Shown here piece after piece: positions 1 through 10,419 of a stretch of DNA of 64,000 nt. The position numbers and the translations under genes were made by a program. The first letter of the stretch is position 1. Every line of letters starts with the position of its first letter. The notes beneath the pieces were generated by a model. That model saw nothing but the letters and a program-made list of their open reading frames with translations, was not told the DNA's origin and ran no database searches. The DNA comes from a virus: positions 1-64,000 of the IMG/VR virus record IMGVR_UViG_3300025874_000005, one strand, 5' to 3'.

Positions 1-1
1 A

Positions 2-106
2 TCTTGGACAACATCAACAAGATCAAATTATAATACAGATTTCCCATATAGATCTAGAGTAGGAGATAATTGGACATATTTAATATTTACAGCACCCGCA
101 GAATAA
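2..106 (+). CDS. 3' end of a CDS entering from upstream (partial)
   Basis: Open frame from nt 2 (SWTTSTRSNY...TAPAE) to TAA at 104-106, 2 nt before the next ATG. Confidence 0.6.
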   Translation, partial: SWTTSTRSNYNTDFPYRSRVGDNWTYLIFTAPAE

Positions 107-108
107 TT

Positions 109-789
109 ATGTATATACCAAAAAGTAGAATATTAACCAATCAATATAGTAATGATAACTCATTAGTATATAAATCAAATAAAGAAGTTTATACGGGATT
201 TTACTACAAAACCTTTGAAGGTAAATACTTTACAGGTAAAACCCAAAATGACCCACCTAATGAAGAATTAGAATTAATAGAAGATATAAATTCAATTCCT
301 ATTGTTGAGCAACCTCAAAATTCAATAGCTTATAGTGATGCACCTACTATATTTGAAGATATTAACACACCCGGATACTCAGAAAGTATGGTAGTAAAAT
401 ATGCTACTTTACAAAAAGTGGATTTATCTAAATCTACCTTAATAAATATGCCCACACAGGAATATCCTTCTCCAACAGAAGAAGACTATAAAGTTGGTAG
501 TTTTACTAGATATTTCTGTGTTAAAACAAACCAACCAATTTGGCTTGAAATATCATCAGATACCTTTGATAAACTTGAAAGTAGAAGCGGAGAATGGTTG
601 TGGCAACCTTACAAATTAGTAACTTTACAATGGGCTTTAGTAGGAAGTGAAAATTACGTAGCTACTACTAATAAAAATATTATAATATTAGCAGAAAGAA
701 GAAATAAAGTAATAGGGTTAAATGAATTTTTAAGAGGTAATTGGTTAAAATATTATAGAACTCCACTTGCCAATGCTTTAATAGGATAA
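109..789 (+). CDS. hypothetical phage protein
   Basis: Track ORF 70..789; ATG at 109 (MYIPKSRI) follows the upstream stop. Confidence 0.7.
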   Translation: MYIPKSRILTNQYSNDNSLVYKSNKEVYTGFYYKTFEGKYFTGKTQNDPPNEELELIEDINSIPIVEQPQNSIAYSDAPTIFEDINTPGYSESMVVKYATLQKVDLSKSTLINMPTQEYPSPTEEDYKVGSFTRYFCVKTNQPIWLEISSDTFDKLESRSGEWLWQPYKLVTLQWALVGSENYVATTNKNIIILAERRNKVIGLNEFLRGNWLKYYRTPLANALIG

Positions 790-813
790 TGAGGTAATAA
801 ACTTTAATTTTAA

Positions 814-845
814 TTTGGCTAAACCCAAATTATTTCTTATATTAC
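814..845 (+). promoter_or_regulatory. Bacteroidota sigma70-type promoter
   Basis: TTGG 815-818, N19, TATATT 838-843. Confidence 0.7.
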
Positions 846-859
846 GTTAAAATAAAGTT

Positions 860-2119
860 ATGTTTTGGTTAGTAGAATCTGAGGATCAAATAAAAAGGTT
901 TTTTCAAAGTAGTTATAAGGAAGCATTTGTAGAAATAATTCCATATAATGACACCGTACACCCCACACAAAACCAAGTTTGTGCCGTTTATATTCGTCCG
1001 TTAGTATCCACAAAAGGATTCATGTTGCCCATTTCGCATAGCGAAACGATTGATACTAGTATTGACAATATAAAACACATATTATCAAAATATGATGCAT
1101 TGTACGTGCGTGATAAAAAGGAATTTTTACATTATTTTCCTTTAAAAACTCTTTATGACATAACACTTAGTTCTCATACGTATATACGTGAAACAACACA
1201 AACCCACTCTTACTTCTACAGCAAGATGGGTGATAAAAAAGATTTAAACCGCATTATTCCAATAGTAAAACATTATGAATATTGTGAAAACCTATTTAAT
1301 GATTTAAAAGATAAAATAAATGAGCCAATCAACGAATTTTACAACACAAAAGCCTCAGTGGTATTCAACGCCGTGGAGCGAAGTGGTTTACGAATTGATA
1401 GAGAAAAATTCCAATCGCACTTTCACGATGTCGATGGAGAGTATGTCTACACACAATTCAACTTTAAAACCCTTACAGGAAGACCAAGTAATAAATTCAA
1501 AGGAGTAAATTATGCGGCGATACCCAAAGATGACGGTAGTAGAGACAGTTTTATCGCAAGTAATGATTGCTTGCTTGAGCTTGATATTGGTGCTTATCAT
1601 CCTACTTTGTTGGCTAAGTTGGTCGATTATGATTTTGGTGATGAGGATATTCATGCTGCCTTTGCTAAAATGTATGGGGTGGATTACCAAAAAGCTAAGG
1701 AGTTAACATTTAAACAACTATACGGAGGAGTATTTGATAAGTATAAAGATCTGGAATTCTTTAGAAAAGTAACGGCATATACGGATGATTTGTGGGATAC
1801 TTTTCAATATCAAGGCTACATTGAATGCCCTATCTCTAAAAAAATATTCAAAAGAGATGAATTAGATAATATGAAGCCTCAAAAGTTGTTAAATTATTTG
1901 CTTCAAAACTTGGAGACGTCATATAACATTCGTATATTGTGGGAAATATTTAAAACATTAAACGGTGCTAATACAAAATTAATACTATATACTTACGATT
2001 CTTTTTTGTTTGATTTAGATAGAAGTGAAAGGGTAAAAATGGTGGAGATATTAAATATATTTAAAGATTATAAATTAAACATAAAATTCAACTATGGCAA
2101 CACATACAATTTTAAATAA
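860..2119 (+). CDS. short family A DNA polymerase-like protein
   Basis: TLTGRPS; motif A LELDIGAYHP; motif B KAKELTFKQLYG; motif C LYTYDSFLFD; only 419 aa. Confidence 0.8.
   Translation: MFWLVESEDQIKRFFQSSYKEAFVEIIPYNDTVHPTQNQVCAVYIRPLVSTKGFMLPISHSETIDTSIDNIKHILSKYDALYVRDKKEFLHYFPLKTLYDITLSSHTYIRETTQTHSYFYSKMGDKKDLNRIIPIVKHYEYCENLFNDLKDKINEPINEFYNTKASVVFNAVERSGLRIDREKFQSHFHDVDGEYVYTQFNFKTLTGRPSNKFKGVNYAAIPKDDGSRDSFIASNDCLLELDIGAYHPTLLAKLVDYDFGDEDIHAAFAKMYGVDYQKAKELTFKQLYGGVFDKYKDLEFFRKVTAYTDDLWDTFQYQGYIECPISKKIFKRDELDNMKPQKLLNYLLQNLETSYNIRILWEIFKTLNGANTKLILYTYDSFLFDLDRSERVKMVEILNIFKDYKLNIKFNYGNTYNFK
1909..1940 (+). promoter_or_regulatory. intragenic sigma70-type promoter
   Basis: TTGG 1910-1913, N19, TTCG-TATATT 1933-1938, inside the polA-like gene. 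Confidence 0.5.
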
Positions 2120-2129
2120 ACCTTCGCAT

Positions 2130-2582
2130 ATGTATAAGGTAGACGACTTTCAGGAGTTGGATAACTTAAACATTAGCGATTTGAATAATAAATTATTTTG
2201 CACCTTTACAACTTTAGAGGAATTAGATGGCCTTTTAGACCACATAACATCTAGTTATTCTATAATGTATAATAAGATATTTGTTTTACATATAAAAAGT
2301 AATGATGAATATGTTTGCACATATAACATAGATCAGGGAAACATATCTCATTTAGATAGAAATTCATTACCACCTAATACTATAATGGTGCATAGGAAAA
2401 AAGATACTAATACTTTATATACTATCAATGCCCTAAATGAATTAATTAAAAAATTAAATGGGGGAGTAGTTGATACTAAATTCCCAATTGATTGGCAACA
2501 TTACAGAAACACAGTTCTTCTTACCCAACATGATGAATTAAAGCAACTGAAAACAAAGATTTTCAAGATTATTGAACTTTAG
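2130..2582 (+). CDS. hypothetical phage protein
   Basis: Track ORF 2094..2582; start probably ATG 2130 or TTG 2181. Confidence 0.7.
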   Translation: MYKVDDFQELDNLNISDLNNKLFCTFTTLEELDGLLDHITSSYSIMYNKIFVLHIKSNDEYVCTYNIDQGNISHLDRNSLPPNTIMVHRKKDTNTLYTINALNELIKKLNGGVVDTKFPIDWQHYRNTVLLTQHDELKQLKTKIFKIIEL

Positions 2583-2614
2583 GTTGGTTTACCCAAAAGA
2601 AGTTCTTATATTAA
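2583..2614 (+). promoter_or_regulatory. sigma70-type promoter
   Basis: TTGG 2584-2587, N19, TATATT 2607-2612. Confidence 0.7.
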
Positions 2615-2649
2615 CACAGTTATTAAATTAAAATTAAAAGTTATAAAAC

Positions 2650-3492
2650 ATGGATTTAAATGCAATTAAAAAGCGTCTGAATGATTTTCAAAATCAGACA
2701 AACAGTTCCGGAGGTCAACAAAAACAACTATTCTGGAAGCCAACAGTAGGTAAACAACTAATTAGAGTTGCACCTAACAAATACAACAAAGATTTTCCAT
2801 TTACGGAAATGAAATTCTACTATGGAATTGGTAGTAAACGAGTAATGGCATCTCCTTCAAATTGGGGTGAGAAAGATCCAATTATGGAATTTGCTAAACA
2901 ACTTCGTGGAACTAGTGATAGAGAAAATTGGAGACTAGCTAAAAAATTAGACCCAAAAACACGTATTTTTGCTCCTGTAGTTATTCGTGGGCAAGAAGAT
3001 GAAGGTGTTAAGCTGTGGCAGTTTGGTAAAGAAGTTTATCAAGAATTTTTGAATATGGCTGCTGATGATGAAATTGGTGATTTTACTGATATTGCTGGTG
3101 GTAGAGATATTAAACTATCTACAGTAGGACCAGAAACAACAGGTACTCCTTATAATAAAACATCAATTGGACCATCTTTAAAAACATCTCCACTTCATGA
3201 TGATGCTACATTAGTTGAAAGTTTGATGAATGATCAAGCAGATCCAATGAAGGTATTTAAACCACTTTCATATGATGAAATGAAAGTAGCCCTTCAAGAA
3301 TGGTTAGCCCCAGAGGGTAGTGAAGAAGAAGGAGAAATAACTTCAGAACCTGCAGTAGCGTTTGACAGTGATGAAAAAAAGTCTAATTACTCATTAGATA
3401 CAACATCTACCAATGTTAAAAAGTCAAAAGCCGCACAATTTGATGATTTGTTTTCAGATGATAAAAATAAATCAGACGATTTACCGTTTTAA
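2650..3492 (+). CDS. single-stranded DNA-binding protein (gp32-like)
   Basis: FWKP..., VKLWQFGK, acidic tail ending SDDLPF; next to the recombinase. Confidence 0.8.
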   Translation: MDLNAIKKRLNDFQNQTNSSGGQQKQLFWKPTVGKQLIRVAPNKYNKDFPFTEMKFYYGIGSKRVMASPSNWGEKDPIMEFAKQLRGTSDRENWRLAKKLDPKTRIFAPVVIRGQEDEGVKLWQFGKEVYQEFLNMAADDEIGDFTDIAGGRDIKLSTVGPETTGTPYNKTSIGPSLKTSPLHDDATLVESLMNDQADPMKVFKPLSYDEMKVALQEWLAPEGSEEEGEITSEPAVAFDSDEKKSNYSLDTTSTNVKKSKAAQFDDLFSDDKNKSDDLPF

Positions 3493-3502
3493 TAAATAAT
3501 TT

Positions 3503-4579
3503 ATGGCTAGAAAGAAAAAATCACTATCGGAGGCAGTCTCCTCAGAAATACAGGCAAATTTTAACTTAGATGGGTTTAAATCTAAAAAAGGTTTAACATC
3601 CAAAGCTAAATTTAAGGATCAAGAATGGATTCCTCTATCACCAGCATACCAGGAAATAACGTCAGTACCTGGTATTCCTATGGGTCATATAGTTTTACTT
3701 AGAGGTCATTCTGACACTGGAAAAACTACAGCTCTATTAGAAACAGCAGTTGAAGCTCAAAAACGTAAAGTACTTCCGGTTTTTATCATTACAGAGATGA
3801 AATGGAATTGGGAGCATGCTATACAGATGGGTTTAAAAGTTAATGAAGTTGTTGATGAAGAAACAGGTGAAATAACTGATTATAATGGTAATTTTATTTA
3901 TGTAGACAGAGAAACTATCCATTCAATTGAAGATGTTTCTGGATTTATTCTTGATTTAATTGATGAGCAGAAAAATGGTAACTTACCTTATGATTTACTA
4001 TTTCTTTGGGATTCAATTGGTTCAGTACCATGTGAAATGTCTATTAAATCTAATAAAAATAATAATGAGTGGAATGCTGGAGCAATGTCAACACAGTTTG
4101 GAAATAGTGTAAACCAACGCATTACATTATCTCGTAAAGAATCATCTCCATATACTAATACTTTAGTTTGTATTAATAAAGTATGGACAGCAAAAGCAGA
4201 ATCACCAATGGGTAAACCAAAACTTATGAATAAAGGTGGATTTGCTATGTGGTTTGATTCAACATTTGTTGTAACCTTTGGTAATATTATGAATGCTGGA
4301 ACTTCTAAAATAAAAGCTATTAAAGGAGGAAAACAAGTAGAATTTGCTAAACGTGTAAATGTTCAGGTTGATAAAAACCACATTAATGGTATGACAACAA
4401 GAGGAAAACTTGTAATGACACCTCATGGGTTTATTTTGGATAATGATAAAGATTTGAAGAAATATAAAGAAGACCATGCAGAAGAATGGGCTGCTATATT
4501 AGGTGGAAGTGATTTCAAGATCGCAGAAGAAGATCAAGAATATCATGATATAACATCTCACACAGACGAGCCACAATAA
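3503..4579 (+). CDS. uvsX: RecA/UvsX-like recombinase
   Basis: Walker A GHSDTGKT, Walker B FLWDS, NKGG, DKNH. Confidence 0.85.
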   Translation: MARKKKSLSEAVSSEIQANFNLDGFKSKKGLTSKAKFKDQEWIPLSPAYQEITSVPGIPMGHIVLLRGHSDTGKTTALLETAVEAQKRKVLPVFIITEMKWNWEHAIQMGLKVNEVVDEETGEITDYNGNFIYVDRETIHSIEDVSGFILDLIDEQKNGNLPYDLLFLWDSIGSVPCEMSIKSNKNNNEWNAGAMSTQFGNSVNQRITLSRKESSPYTNTLVCINKVWTAKAESPMGKPKLMNKGGFAMWFDSTFVVTFGNIMNAGTSKIKAIKGGKQVEFAKRVNVQVDKNHINGMTTRGKLVMTPHGFILDNDKDLKKYKEDHAEEWAAILGGSDFKIAEEDQEYHDITSHTDEPQ

Positions 4580-4581
4580 AC

Positions 4582-4618
4582 TTTGATACCCGGGATATCT
4601 TTCGTATATTCCGGGTAT
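4582..4618 (+). promoter_or_regulatory. promoter embedded in a 13-bp inverted repeat
   Basis: TTTGA...TTCGTATATT (TATATT 4605-4610); arms ATACCCGGGATAT 4586-4598 / ATATTCCGGGTAT 4606-4618. Confidence 0.6.
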
Positions 4619-4632
4619 ATAAAAAAATCACA

Positions 4633-5661
4633 ATGAAACAAAAGGAATTATTAAATCTCCTCAACAATATTGAGGAGCATGGGGAAGAAACTGTAGAAGG
4701 GGAAAGAATTCTAATGATAGATGGATTAAATCTATTTTTTAGAAACTTTGCAATGATGAATATGGTAAACCCCGATGGGGTTCATATTGGGGGGTTAGGC
4801 GGATTTTTTAGATCTTTAGGAGCTGAAATTCGTAGAGTTGATCCTACTCAAGTTTATGTAATATTTGATGGTGCTGGGTCAGCTAATGCTAGGAAAAATC
4901 TCCTCCCTGAATATAAATCAGGTAGGGATTTACAACGTATTACTAATTGGGAAGCTTTTGATGATATAGAAGATGAACATGATGCTAAAGTGGATCAAAT
5001 GGTCAGGGTAATTCAATACCTAAAAACTTTACCTGTTAAAACTATAACATTACCTAAAGTTGAAGCTGATGATGTTATAGCATATTTGTCAGATATTATC
5101 CCTGAAAAACCAGAAGATAAAGTGTTTATAGTATCCTCAGATAAAGATTTTTTACAACTAATTAATAAAAATGTTATTGTATATCGCCCTATGGAAAAGG
5201 AATTTTATACTGAAGAAACAGTAGTTGAAAAATTTAATATGTCCCCTCATAATTTTATTTTATATAAAACCCTAATGGGAGACAATTCAGATAAAGTAAA
5301 AGGAGTTAAAGGGTTAGGTGAAAAGAAACTAAGAAAACTATTTCCTGAATTAAGTGAAAGAGATTTATCATTAGATGATATCTATAATATTTGTGAATCA
5401 AAATTTAAGGAAAATGTTATATATGCTAGGGTAATTCAACATATTGATGAATTAGAAAAGAATTACAAAATAATGGATTTATCTAACCCAATGTTAGATG
5501 AAAATGATAAAAAATACCTCACTCAGGTTGTGAAAACTAATGATTATCATTATCTTCCTGATCAATTCGTAGCATTCTACAATGAAGATAAATTAGGTGG
5601 AATGATAAGAAATGTTAATTTTTGGGTAAAGGAAATATTTGAATCATTGCAAATTAAATAA
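4633..5661 (+). CDS. 5'-3' exonuclease / flap endonuclease (T4 RNase H-like)
   Basis: IDGLN, FDG, EYK..R, EADD, SSDKD, LMGDNSD..GVKGLG. Confidence 0.9.
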   Translation: MKQKELLNLLNNIEEHGEETVEGERILMIDGLNLFFRNFAMMNMVNPDGVHIGGLGGFFRSLGAEIRRVDPTQVYVIFDGAGSANARKNLLPEYKSGRDLQRITNWEAFDDIEDEHDAKVDQMVRVIQYLKTLPVKTITLPKVEADDVIAYLSDIIPEKPEDKVFIVSSDKDFLQLINKNVIVYRPMEKEFYTEETVVEKFNMSPHNFILYKTLMGDNSDKVKGVKGLGEKKLRKLFPELSERDLSLDDIYNICESKFKENVIYARVIQHIDELEKNYKIMDLSNPMLDENDKKYLTQVVKTNDYHYLPDQFVAFYNEDKLGGMIRNVNFWVKEIFESLQIK

Positions 5662-5676
5662 ATTAAAATAAAAGTT

Positions 5677-7041
5677 ATGACATTAACCAGTTTAAATCAA
5701 TATGGAAACCATTTCCAAATAAAGGTACTATCTTCACTTTTAACCCATAAAGAATTCTTAACCAATATTCATGATATTTTGAGTGATGAATATTTTGATA
5801 ACCAAGCACATCAATGGGTTATTAATGAAATTCTTAGGTATTATGATAAATACCATACTACGCCTTCAATGGATACCCTTAAGGTAGAACTTCAAAAAAT
5901 TGAAAATGAAGTATTAAAACTATCAGTAAGAGAACAACTCAAATCAGCATATGAATCATCTGATGAAGATTTAGAGTATGTTCAAGAAGAATTTTCAACA
6001 TTTTGTAAAAATCAACAATTAAAAAAAGCCTTACTTAATAGTGTAGATTTACTTAAGGCTGGGGATTTTGATGGGATTAAATATCTAGTAGAATCTGCAT
6101 TAAAAGCAGGAAACGATAAAAATGTAGGTCATGAATATAATAAAGATATCGAATCACGTTTTAGAGAAGATTCAAGAACTACATTACCAACTCCTTGGGA
6201 AAATGTCAACGACATATTGCAAGGTGGATTGGGAAATGGAGATTTTGGTCTTATATTTGGCAATCCAGGAGGTGGTAAATCTTGGTCATTAGTTGCCTTA
6301 GGTGGGTATGCTGTAAGGATGGGATTTAATGTTTTACATTATACTCTTGAATTAGGCGAGCAGTATGTTGGTAGAAGATATGATGCTTTCTTCAGCAAAA
6401 TCCCAGTAGACCAAGTACTTAAAAATCGAGATAAAATTGAAGAAATTTTACCTCAACTTCCTGGAGAACTTATTATCAAAGAATTCCCTACAGGAAGAGC
6501 AACAATTTCAACAATTGAATCTCACATTCGTAAAGTAGAAGATTTGGGAACTAAAGCAGATTTAATTATAATTGATTATGTAGATCTTCTCTCAACAAAG
6601 AAAAGAACAGCTGATCGTAAAGGGGAAATTGATGATATTTATACAAGCACTAAAGGACTTGCTAGAGAATTAGATGTACCAATTTGGTCAGTTTCTCAAG
6701 TAAATCGTGCAGGTGCAAAAGATGATGTTATTGAAGGAGATAAAGCAGCAGGATCATATGATAAAATTATGATTACTGATTTTTGTATGTCTTTATCAAG
6801 AAAAAAACAAGATAAGGTAAATGGAACAGGAAGATTTCACATTATGAAGAATAGGTATGGTATGGATGGTTTAACATTTGGTGTAAAAGCTGATACATCT
6901 ACAGGACATTTCGAAGTTCATGATTACAATCCAGATGACTATGAATCAGATGAACCTACCCCACAAAATAAAGGTTATGGTGATTTTGATACCTTTGATA
7001 AGCAAGTATTAAAAAATAAATTTTTTGAATTAAATAAATAA
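5677..7041 (+). CDS. dnaB: replicative DNA helicase (DnaB/gp41-like)
   Basis: GNPGGGKS, IIIDY, SQVNR, KNRYG. Confidence 0.9.
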   Translation: MTLTSLNQYGNHFQIKVLSSLLTHKEFLTNIHDILSDEYFDNQAHQWVINEILRYYDKYHTTPSMDTLKVELQKIENEVLKLSVREQLKSAYESSDEDLEYVQEEFSTFCKNQQLKKALLNSVDLLKAGDFDGIKYLVESALKAGNDKNVGHEYNKDIESRFREDSRTTLPTPWENVNDILQGGLGNGDFGLIFGNPGGGKSWSLVALGGYAVRMGFNVLHYTLELGEQYVGRRYDAFFSKIPVDQVLKNRDKIEEILPQLPGELIIKEFPTGRATISTIESHIRKVEDLGTKADLIIIDYVDLLSTKKRTADRKGEIDDIYTSTKGLARELDVPIWSVSQVNRAGAKDDVIEGDKAAGSYDKIMITDFCMSLSRKKQDKVNGTGRFHIMKNRYGMDGLTFGVKADTSTGHFEVHDYNPDDYESDEPTPQNKGYGDFDTFDKQVLKNKFFELNK

Positions 7042-7047
7042 AAATAA

Positions 7048-8034
7048 ATGGCAAAAACTTCCCTACTAAAAGAACGTATAGTATATAAACCTTTTGAATA
7101 TCAGGAGGCATCAGATTTTTGGTTACAACAACAACAAGCTCATTGGTTACATACAGAAGTTCCAATGATGAGTGATGTTAATGATTGGAAACAAAATTTA
7201 ACAGAGAATGAAAAAAATATAATTGGAACTATATTAAAAGGATTCGCTCAAACTGAAACAGTTGTAAATGATTATTGGTCAACTTTAGTTACAAAATGGT
7301 TTAGAAAACCTGAGATAATTAAAATGGCTGTTACATTTGGGGCTTTTGAAACTATTCATGCTGAAGCTTATTCTTTGTTAAATGAAGAATTAGGGTTAGA
7401 TGATTTTAGCGAATTTTTAGAGGATGAAGCAACAATGGCTAAAATTGATGCCTTAACAAAAGTAAGAGATTCACATGATGGTACTCCTAATTGGCATGAA
7501 AGAGCTAAATCATTAGCTATATTCTCAGCATTTACGGAAGGTGTTAATTTATTTTCTTCATTTGCTGTTTTATTATCTTTTAAATTAGATAATAAACTTA
7601 AGGGTGTAGGTCAAATAGTTGAGTGGAGTATTAGAGATGAATCATTACACTCAAATGCTGGGTGTTGGCTATTTAGAACCTTAATGCAAGAACACCCTGA
7701 ATTTAACACCCCAGAGTTGAAAACTGATATTGAAGAAGCAGCTAAATTATCTTTAAAATTAGAATTAGATTTTATTGATAAAGTTTATGAAATGGGGGAT
7801 TTAAAAGGATGTCCAAAATATGATTTAGTATCATTCATTAAACATAGAGTAAACACTAAAATGGGTGATTTAGGATATGGCGCAATTGTTAATGGTATAG
7901 ATAAAGACGCAGTACAAAGAATGAAATGGTTTGATAGTCTATCAGGTGGTAAACAACACACAGATTTCTTTGCGAATCGAGTTACTAACTATTCCAAAGG
8001 AGTTCAAGATTGGGATGCTAATTCAATATTTTAA
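7048..8034 (+). CDS. nrdB: ribonucleotide reductase class I beta subunit
   Basis: ETIHAEAY, EGVNLFSSF, RDESLH, DFFANR. Confidence 0.95.
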   Translation: MAKTSLLKERIVYKPFEYQEASDFWLQQQQAHWLHTEVPMMSDVNDWKQNLTENEKNIIGTILKGFAQTETVVNDYWSTLVTKWFRKPEIIKMAVTFGAFETIHAEAYSLLNEELGLDDFSEFLEDEATMAKIDALTKVRDSHDGTPNWHERAKSLAIFSAFTEGVNLFSSFAVLLSFKLDNKLKGVGQIVEWSIRDESLHSNAGCWLFRTLMQEHPEFNTPELKTDIEEAAKLSLKLELDFIDKVYEMGDLKGCPKYDLVSFIKHRVNTKMGDLGYGAIVNGIDKDAVQRMKWFDSLSGGKQHTDFFANRVTNYSKGVQDWDANSIF

Positions 8035-8037
8035 GAT

Positions 8038-9753
8038 ATGGAAAATAACGCACTACAAGTAGATTATAGTAATTGGGAAGCTGGAAAGCAATACCCAGAA
8101 TGGATGGATGAAATATCTTTAGCTACAATTTCCAAAGGATACTTACTCCCAGGGGAAACCGTAAGAGTAGCTTATAAAAGAGTAGCCAATGCAGCTGCTA
8201 TAAGACTTAAAAAACCAGAATTATCTAATAAATTTTTTAAAATAATGTGGAATGGTTGGTTAGGATTAGCATCACCAGTATTATCAAATATGGGGACTGA
8301 TCGAGGTTTACCAATTTCATGTTTTGGTGTTGATACACCTGATTCTATACGTGGTATAGGCCTAACAAACGCAGAGCTAATGAAATTAACAGCATCCGGT
8401 GGTGGTGTTGGAATCTCATTATCTCGCATTAGACAACGTGGGGAAGAAATTACAGGAAATGGTAAAAGTGAGGGTGTAGTGCCTTGGGCTAAAATTTATG
8501 ATTCATCTATTATAGCTACTAACCAAGGAAATGTTAGAAGAGGAGCAGCATCCGTTAATTTAGATATTGAGCATGGAGACATAGATGAGTTTTTACAAAT
8601 TCGTAGACCTAAAGGAGACCCTAACAGACAGTGTTTAAATCTCCACCAATGTGTTGTTGTAGGTGATTCATTTATGAGAAAATTAGAAGCTAGAGACCCA
8701 GAATCAATGAATAGGTGGGCTACAGTTTTAAAATCAAGAATGGAAACTGGTGAACCTTATATTATGTATAAGGATAATGTTAATAAAGATAACCCAATTG
8801 CCTATAGACTAAATAATTTAGATGTAAGTATGACTAATATTTGCTCTGAAATTACTTTATTTACAGATGAAGAGCATTCATTTATTTGTTGTTTATCATC
8901 TTTAAACTTAGCTAAATATGAAGAGTGGAAAGATACAGATACTGTAGAATTAGCTACTTGGTTTTTAGATGGGGTAATGCAAGAATTTATTGATAAATCT
9001 AATGGTAAAGATTCGTTAAGGAGAACCCACCAACATGCCAAAAAAGGTAGAGCATTAGGTTTAGGTGTAATGGGTTGGCATTCATTTTTACAACAAAAAA
9101 GCTTACCATTTAATTCAATTGCTTCAACTGCTTGGACTCACACTATTTTTAGTGATATTAGAGGGAAAGCAGAAAAAGCATCTATGGATTTAGCTAAAGA
9201 ATATGGTGAACCTCTATGGTGTAAAGGTACAGGTATGAGAAATACCCACTTATTAGCAATTGCCCCAACAGTATCAAATTCAGTTATTGTAGGAGGTATC
9301 AGTGCAGGTATTGAACCATTACCAGCAAACATTTATACTTTTAATGGAGCAAAAGGTACATTTATTAGAAAAAATAAAGTACTACAAGCATTATTAAAGG
9401 AAAAAGGTGAAGATAAAGATGAATGGTGGGATCAAATGTTAGTTGATGGGGGTTCTGTAATGAATTTACCCGATACTATTCTAACACCAGATGAAAAAGA
9501 ATTATTTTTAACATTTCCGGAAGTAAACCAATTAGAATTAGTAAGACAAGCAGCTCTAAGACAAAGATATATAGATCAAACTCAATCTTTAAATTTATCT
9601 TTTGATGTAAATGATTCACCAAAATGGATTAATCAAGTGCATTTAGAAGGGTGGAAATTAGGAATTAAAACATTTTATTACCTAAGAACTGATTCAGTTA
9701 TTAAAGGAGATTTAGGAAGTAGAATGGCAGATTGTGTATCTTGTGATGGGTAA
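8038..9753 (+). CDS. nrdA: ribonucleotide reductase class I alpha subunit (no ATP cone)
   Basis: ISCF, GGGVG, NICSE, APT, DQTQS, C-terminal CVSCDG. Confidence 0.95.
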   Translation: MENNALQVDYSNWEAGKQYPEWMDEISLATISKGYLLPGETVRVAYKRVANAAAIRLKKPELSNKFFKIMWNGWLGLASPVLSNMGTDRGLPISCFGVDTPDSIRGIGLTNAELMKLTASGGGVGISLSRIRQRGEEITGNGKSEGVVPWAKIYDSSIIATNQGNVRRGAASVNLDIEHGDIDEFLQIRRPKGDPNRQCLNLHQCVVVGDSFMRKLEARDPESMNRWATVLKSRMETGEPYIMYKDNVNKDNPIAYRLNNLDVSMTNICSEITLFTDEEHSFICCLSSLNLAKYEEWKDTDTVELATWFLDGVMQEFIDKSNGKDSLRRTHQHAKKGRALGLGVMGWHSFLQQKSLPFNSIASTAWTHTIFSDIRGKAEKASMDLAKEYGEPLWCKGTGMRNTHLLAIAPTVSNSVIVGGISAGIEPLPANIYTFNGAKGTFIRKNKVLQALLKEKGEDKDEWWDQMLVDGGSVMNLPDTILTPDEKELFLTFPEVNQLELVRQAALRQRYIDQTQSLNLSFDVNDSPKWINQVHLEGWKLGIKTFYYLRTDSVIKGDLGSRMADCVSCDG

Positions 9754-9754
9754 T

Positions 9755-9763
9755 ATATTTATA
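9755..9763 (+). promoter_or_regulatory. putative late promoter motif ATATTTATA
   Basis: Recurrent intergenic motif upstream of envelope/structural genes. Confidence 0.5.
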
Positions 9764-9789
9764 AGGGTAAATCATAAAAATTAACAAAA

Positions 9790-10035
9790 ATGGCACGTAA
9801 AAAAGCAATTAAAAAAGAAGTAGTAGTTGAAAAAATCTCAGCTATTAAAAAAACAATCAACGCAGTAAAATCTTGGTTGGAAGGTAATGGAATTGAAGGT
9901 ATATTAGGTCTAGTTGCAGGTCTATTACTTTGGTCTTTTGGTTTTAAAATTTATGCTGGGTTTGCATTTGGTGTATTTGCTACACGAAATTGGGATTTAG
10001 CTAAAGCATGGGTATTAAGAGTACTTAATAAATAG
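9790..10035 (+). CDS. small membrane protein
   Basis: Basic N-terminus plus hydrophobic segment. Confidence 0.7.
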   Translation: MARKKAIKKEVVVEKISAIKKTINAVKSWLEGNGIEGILGLVAGLLLWSFGFKIYAGFAFGVFATRNWDLAKAWVLRVLNK

Positions 10036-10061
10036 TATAAAAATAATTTATTAAAACTTTG

Positions 10062-10090
10062 AAAAGGGGGTGCATCAGCACCTCCTTTTT
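10062..10090 (+). terminator. intrinsic terminator
   Basis: AAAAGGGGGTGC-ATCA-GCACCTCCTTTTT. Confidence 0.85.
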
Positions 10091-10092
10091 AT

Positions 10093-10101
10093 GTATTTAT
10101 A
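10093..10101 (+). promoter_or_regulatory. putative late promoter motif (GTATTTATA)
   Basis: Directly after the terminator, before the envelope operon. Confidence 0.45.
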
Positions 10102-10159
10102 ATTGAATAAGTTTTCATCTAAATCATGTTATATAATGAACTATATTAAAGATAAATTA

Positions 10160-10405
10160 ATGGCATTTAGAGATATATTTAAAGATAACAACGATATAAA
10201 CGAAAAAAGCGTTATAGGGTTTATGTCATTTGCAGTAATGGTAATATTTGCGGTAGCTGATTTAGTTACTGGTTACTTTAGTAAAGACTTAGTAATAAAT
10301 GAGTTTATATATGAATCGTTTTTAATAATAACTTTAGGTTGTTTTGGGATTGCGGGATTAGAAAAAATCTTTGTGGGGAAAAAGAACCCCAATAAAACAG
10401 AATAA
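10160..10405 (+). CDS. two-TM membrane protein (holin-like)
   Basis: Two hydrophobic helices, basic C-terminus; start may be 10136 or 10160. Confidence 0.6.
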   Translation: MAFRDIFKDNNDINEKSVIGFMSFAVMVIFAVADLVTGYFSKDLVINEFIYESFLIITLGCFGIAGLEKIFVGKKNPNKTE

Positions 10406-10419
10406 CTTAAAATTAAAAA

